Source: Syncephalis fuscata S228 (lineage: Eukaryota; Fungi; Zoopagomycota). Taken from it: DNA of 64,000 bases. Position 1 is the first letter of the stretch; every line of letters starts with the position of its first letter. Shown piece after piece: positions 62,697-64,000 of the stretch. The stretch lies in NCBI GenBank assembly GCA_025786725.1, contig JAHLTZ010000038.1, forward strand, positions 123,397 through 187,396, given 5' to 3'. Under the pieces are notes generated by a model that worked only from the letters and a program-made list of their open reading frames with translations, had not been told where the DNA came from and ran no database searches. Both the position numbers and the translations under genes were made by a program.

Positions 62697-63848
62697 ACAG
62701 AATGGGAATGATATAGGTAAATGGTGGATATATGCATACTGGATAACGAATCTATGATGACGAGTATTTGATGACTGATGTCACTCACCGCCCATCATCA
62801 TGTTCAATAGATTGGTGTTATTAAATATTAGTCATTTGTCCCCAAAAAGCAATAAGTGTGATGATGTGACGATTAAATAAAACTCACCACTTGTCCCCAT
62901 GTTCAATAGATTGAATGTGCAGTGCAATTGCGCGAATGTTATTAAATTTAGTCATTTGACCCCCAAATCACACTACATGTAATAATGTAATGATTAAATA
63001 AACAATTATAAAAATATACATATTGTTATATACCATTATATGACGGTGTAAGACGGTGTAAGACGGTATAAGACGGCGTACCGCTCCGTACCGCGGCGTA
63101 CCGCTCCATAAGACGGTGTAAGAAGGTATAAGACGGCGTAAGACGGTGTAAGGCGGTGTAAGGCGGTATAAGACGGCGTAAGGCGGTGTAAGACGGTATA
63201 AGACGGCGTACCGCGGCGTACCGCTCCATAAGACGGTGTAAGACGGCGTAAGACGGCGTAAGACGGTATAAGACGGCGTAAGACGGTGTAAGACGGTATA
63301 AGACGGTATAAGACGGTATACCGCTGCGTACCGCTCCGTACCGCTCCATACCGCTCCATACCGCTCCATAAGACGGTATAAGAAGGTATAAGACGGTGTA
63401 AGGCGGTGTAAGGCGGTATAAGAAAGTATATATCACTATATACCACTATATACCATTATATACCACTATATACCATTATATATCACTCATACATATATAC
63501 CACTCTATACCATTATATACCACTATATAGCACATTATAGCTTTTTTTAACTAAAATCGTTTATTGCTTAGTGTGATTTGGGGGTCAAAGACTTTTTTTT
63601 GTAACATTCGCGTAGTTGAACTACATTTTCGTTCTATTGAACATGGGGACAAGTGGTGAGTTTTATTTAATCGTCGCATTATTACGTTTATTGTGATTTG
63701 GTGGTTAAATGACTAATATTTAATAACGCCCAATCTATTGAACATGATGATGGGCGGTGAGTGACATCAATCATCAAACACTCATTATTGTAGCTTTATT
63801 ATCCAATATGCATATATCCACCATTTACTTGCATTATTTCCATTCTGT
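62697..63848. repeat. ~280-bp inverted repeats (62697-62975 and 63569-63848) flanking a satellite core
   Basis: For example GATGTCACTCACCGCCCATCATCATGTTCAATAGATTGG vs CCAATCTATTGAACATGATGATGGGCGGTGAGTGACATC; TTTGACCCCCAAATCACACTA vs TAGTGTGATTTGGGGGTCAAA. Confidence 0.95.
63029..63530. repeat. 10-bp satellite (TAAGACGGYR, TACCGCTCCR and TATACCAYTA units)
   Basis: TA recurs every 10 bp without slippage from 63029 to 63480 (46 consecutive units). Confidence 0.95.
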
Positions 63849-64000
63849 TTATGCTGTACACTTTTATTTTATTAAATGTTGTTGTACATTGTTATACAGT
63901 ATATTGGCCACACTCTATCGGTTGGCGTTGTCCATTCGACTCTAGCTTTATAGTTGAATTGGCCCTTCATTACGCTTTTTCTGCTAATGACCATATTACA

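Noticed and set aside
62968-63446. Three overlapping minus-strand ORFs (YTVLYRLTPS repeats)
   Set aside because: All three frames are open only because the 10-mer lacks stops on that strand; no coding signal.
63029-63530. CRISPR array or telomere
   Set aside because: No unique spacers, no cas genes and a eukaryotic context. Units are heterogeneous and internal, with non-repeat DNA on both sides.
62971-63573. CACTA...TAGTG termini suggesting an En/Spm element
   Set aside because: These bases are the inner ends of the long inverted arms. The flanks are inverted (TCA/TGA), not a 3-bp direct target-site duplication.
62453-63945. Paralogous-looking ORFs MSDISHQ... and MSDINHQ...
   Set aside because: The similarity is a by-product of the inverted repeat; both start at GTG and diverge where the repeat ends.

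Overview
Eukaryotic, AT-rich, gene-dense window with many short (about 41-90 nt) spliceosomal introns. Gene content and style point to an early-diverging fungus, probably Zoopagomycota (Syncephalis-like); this is inference. Housekeeping genes rebuilt by hand across introns: GCV3, MED19, an SLC25A46/Ugo1-like carrier, TRS20, Derlin-1, GIM3, ARP8, UTP23, nudE, an LYR protein, SMG5-like, RNH203, AGGF1-like, a PPR protein, ASNSD1, a PAM2-CCCH-Smr nuclease and CNOT10. Interspersed secreted or accessory genes: a bacterial-type CAP protein, a (GTPST)n/GGYGTP repeat protein, two copies of a minimal LPMO-like protein with an NLS-like basic tail, an S8 subtilase, a 7TM protein and a small secreted protein. 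Main highlights: (1) an 84-aa microprotein carrying a PKA-pseudosubstrate-like RRRNAV motif, preceded by three long ATG-free blocks that each end at a splice donor (candidate fungal PKI-like regulator); (2) the duplicated LPMO-like gene; (3) a resilin-like secreted protein; (4) a strictly 10-bp-phased satellite bracketed by ~280-bp inverted repeats; (5) at least five GC-AG introns; (6) an unannotated spliced 57-aa ORF ending in an HbYX-like motif. Several single-base frameshifts in conserved genes look like consensus errors. All family calls come from recalled motifs, not database searches.
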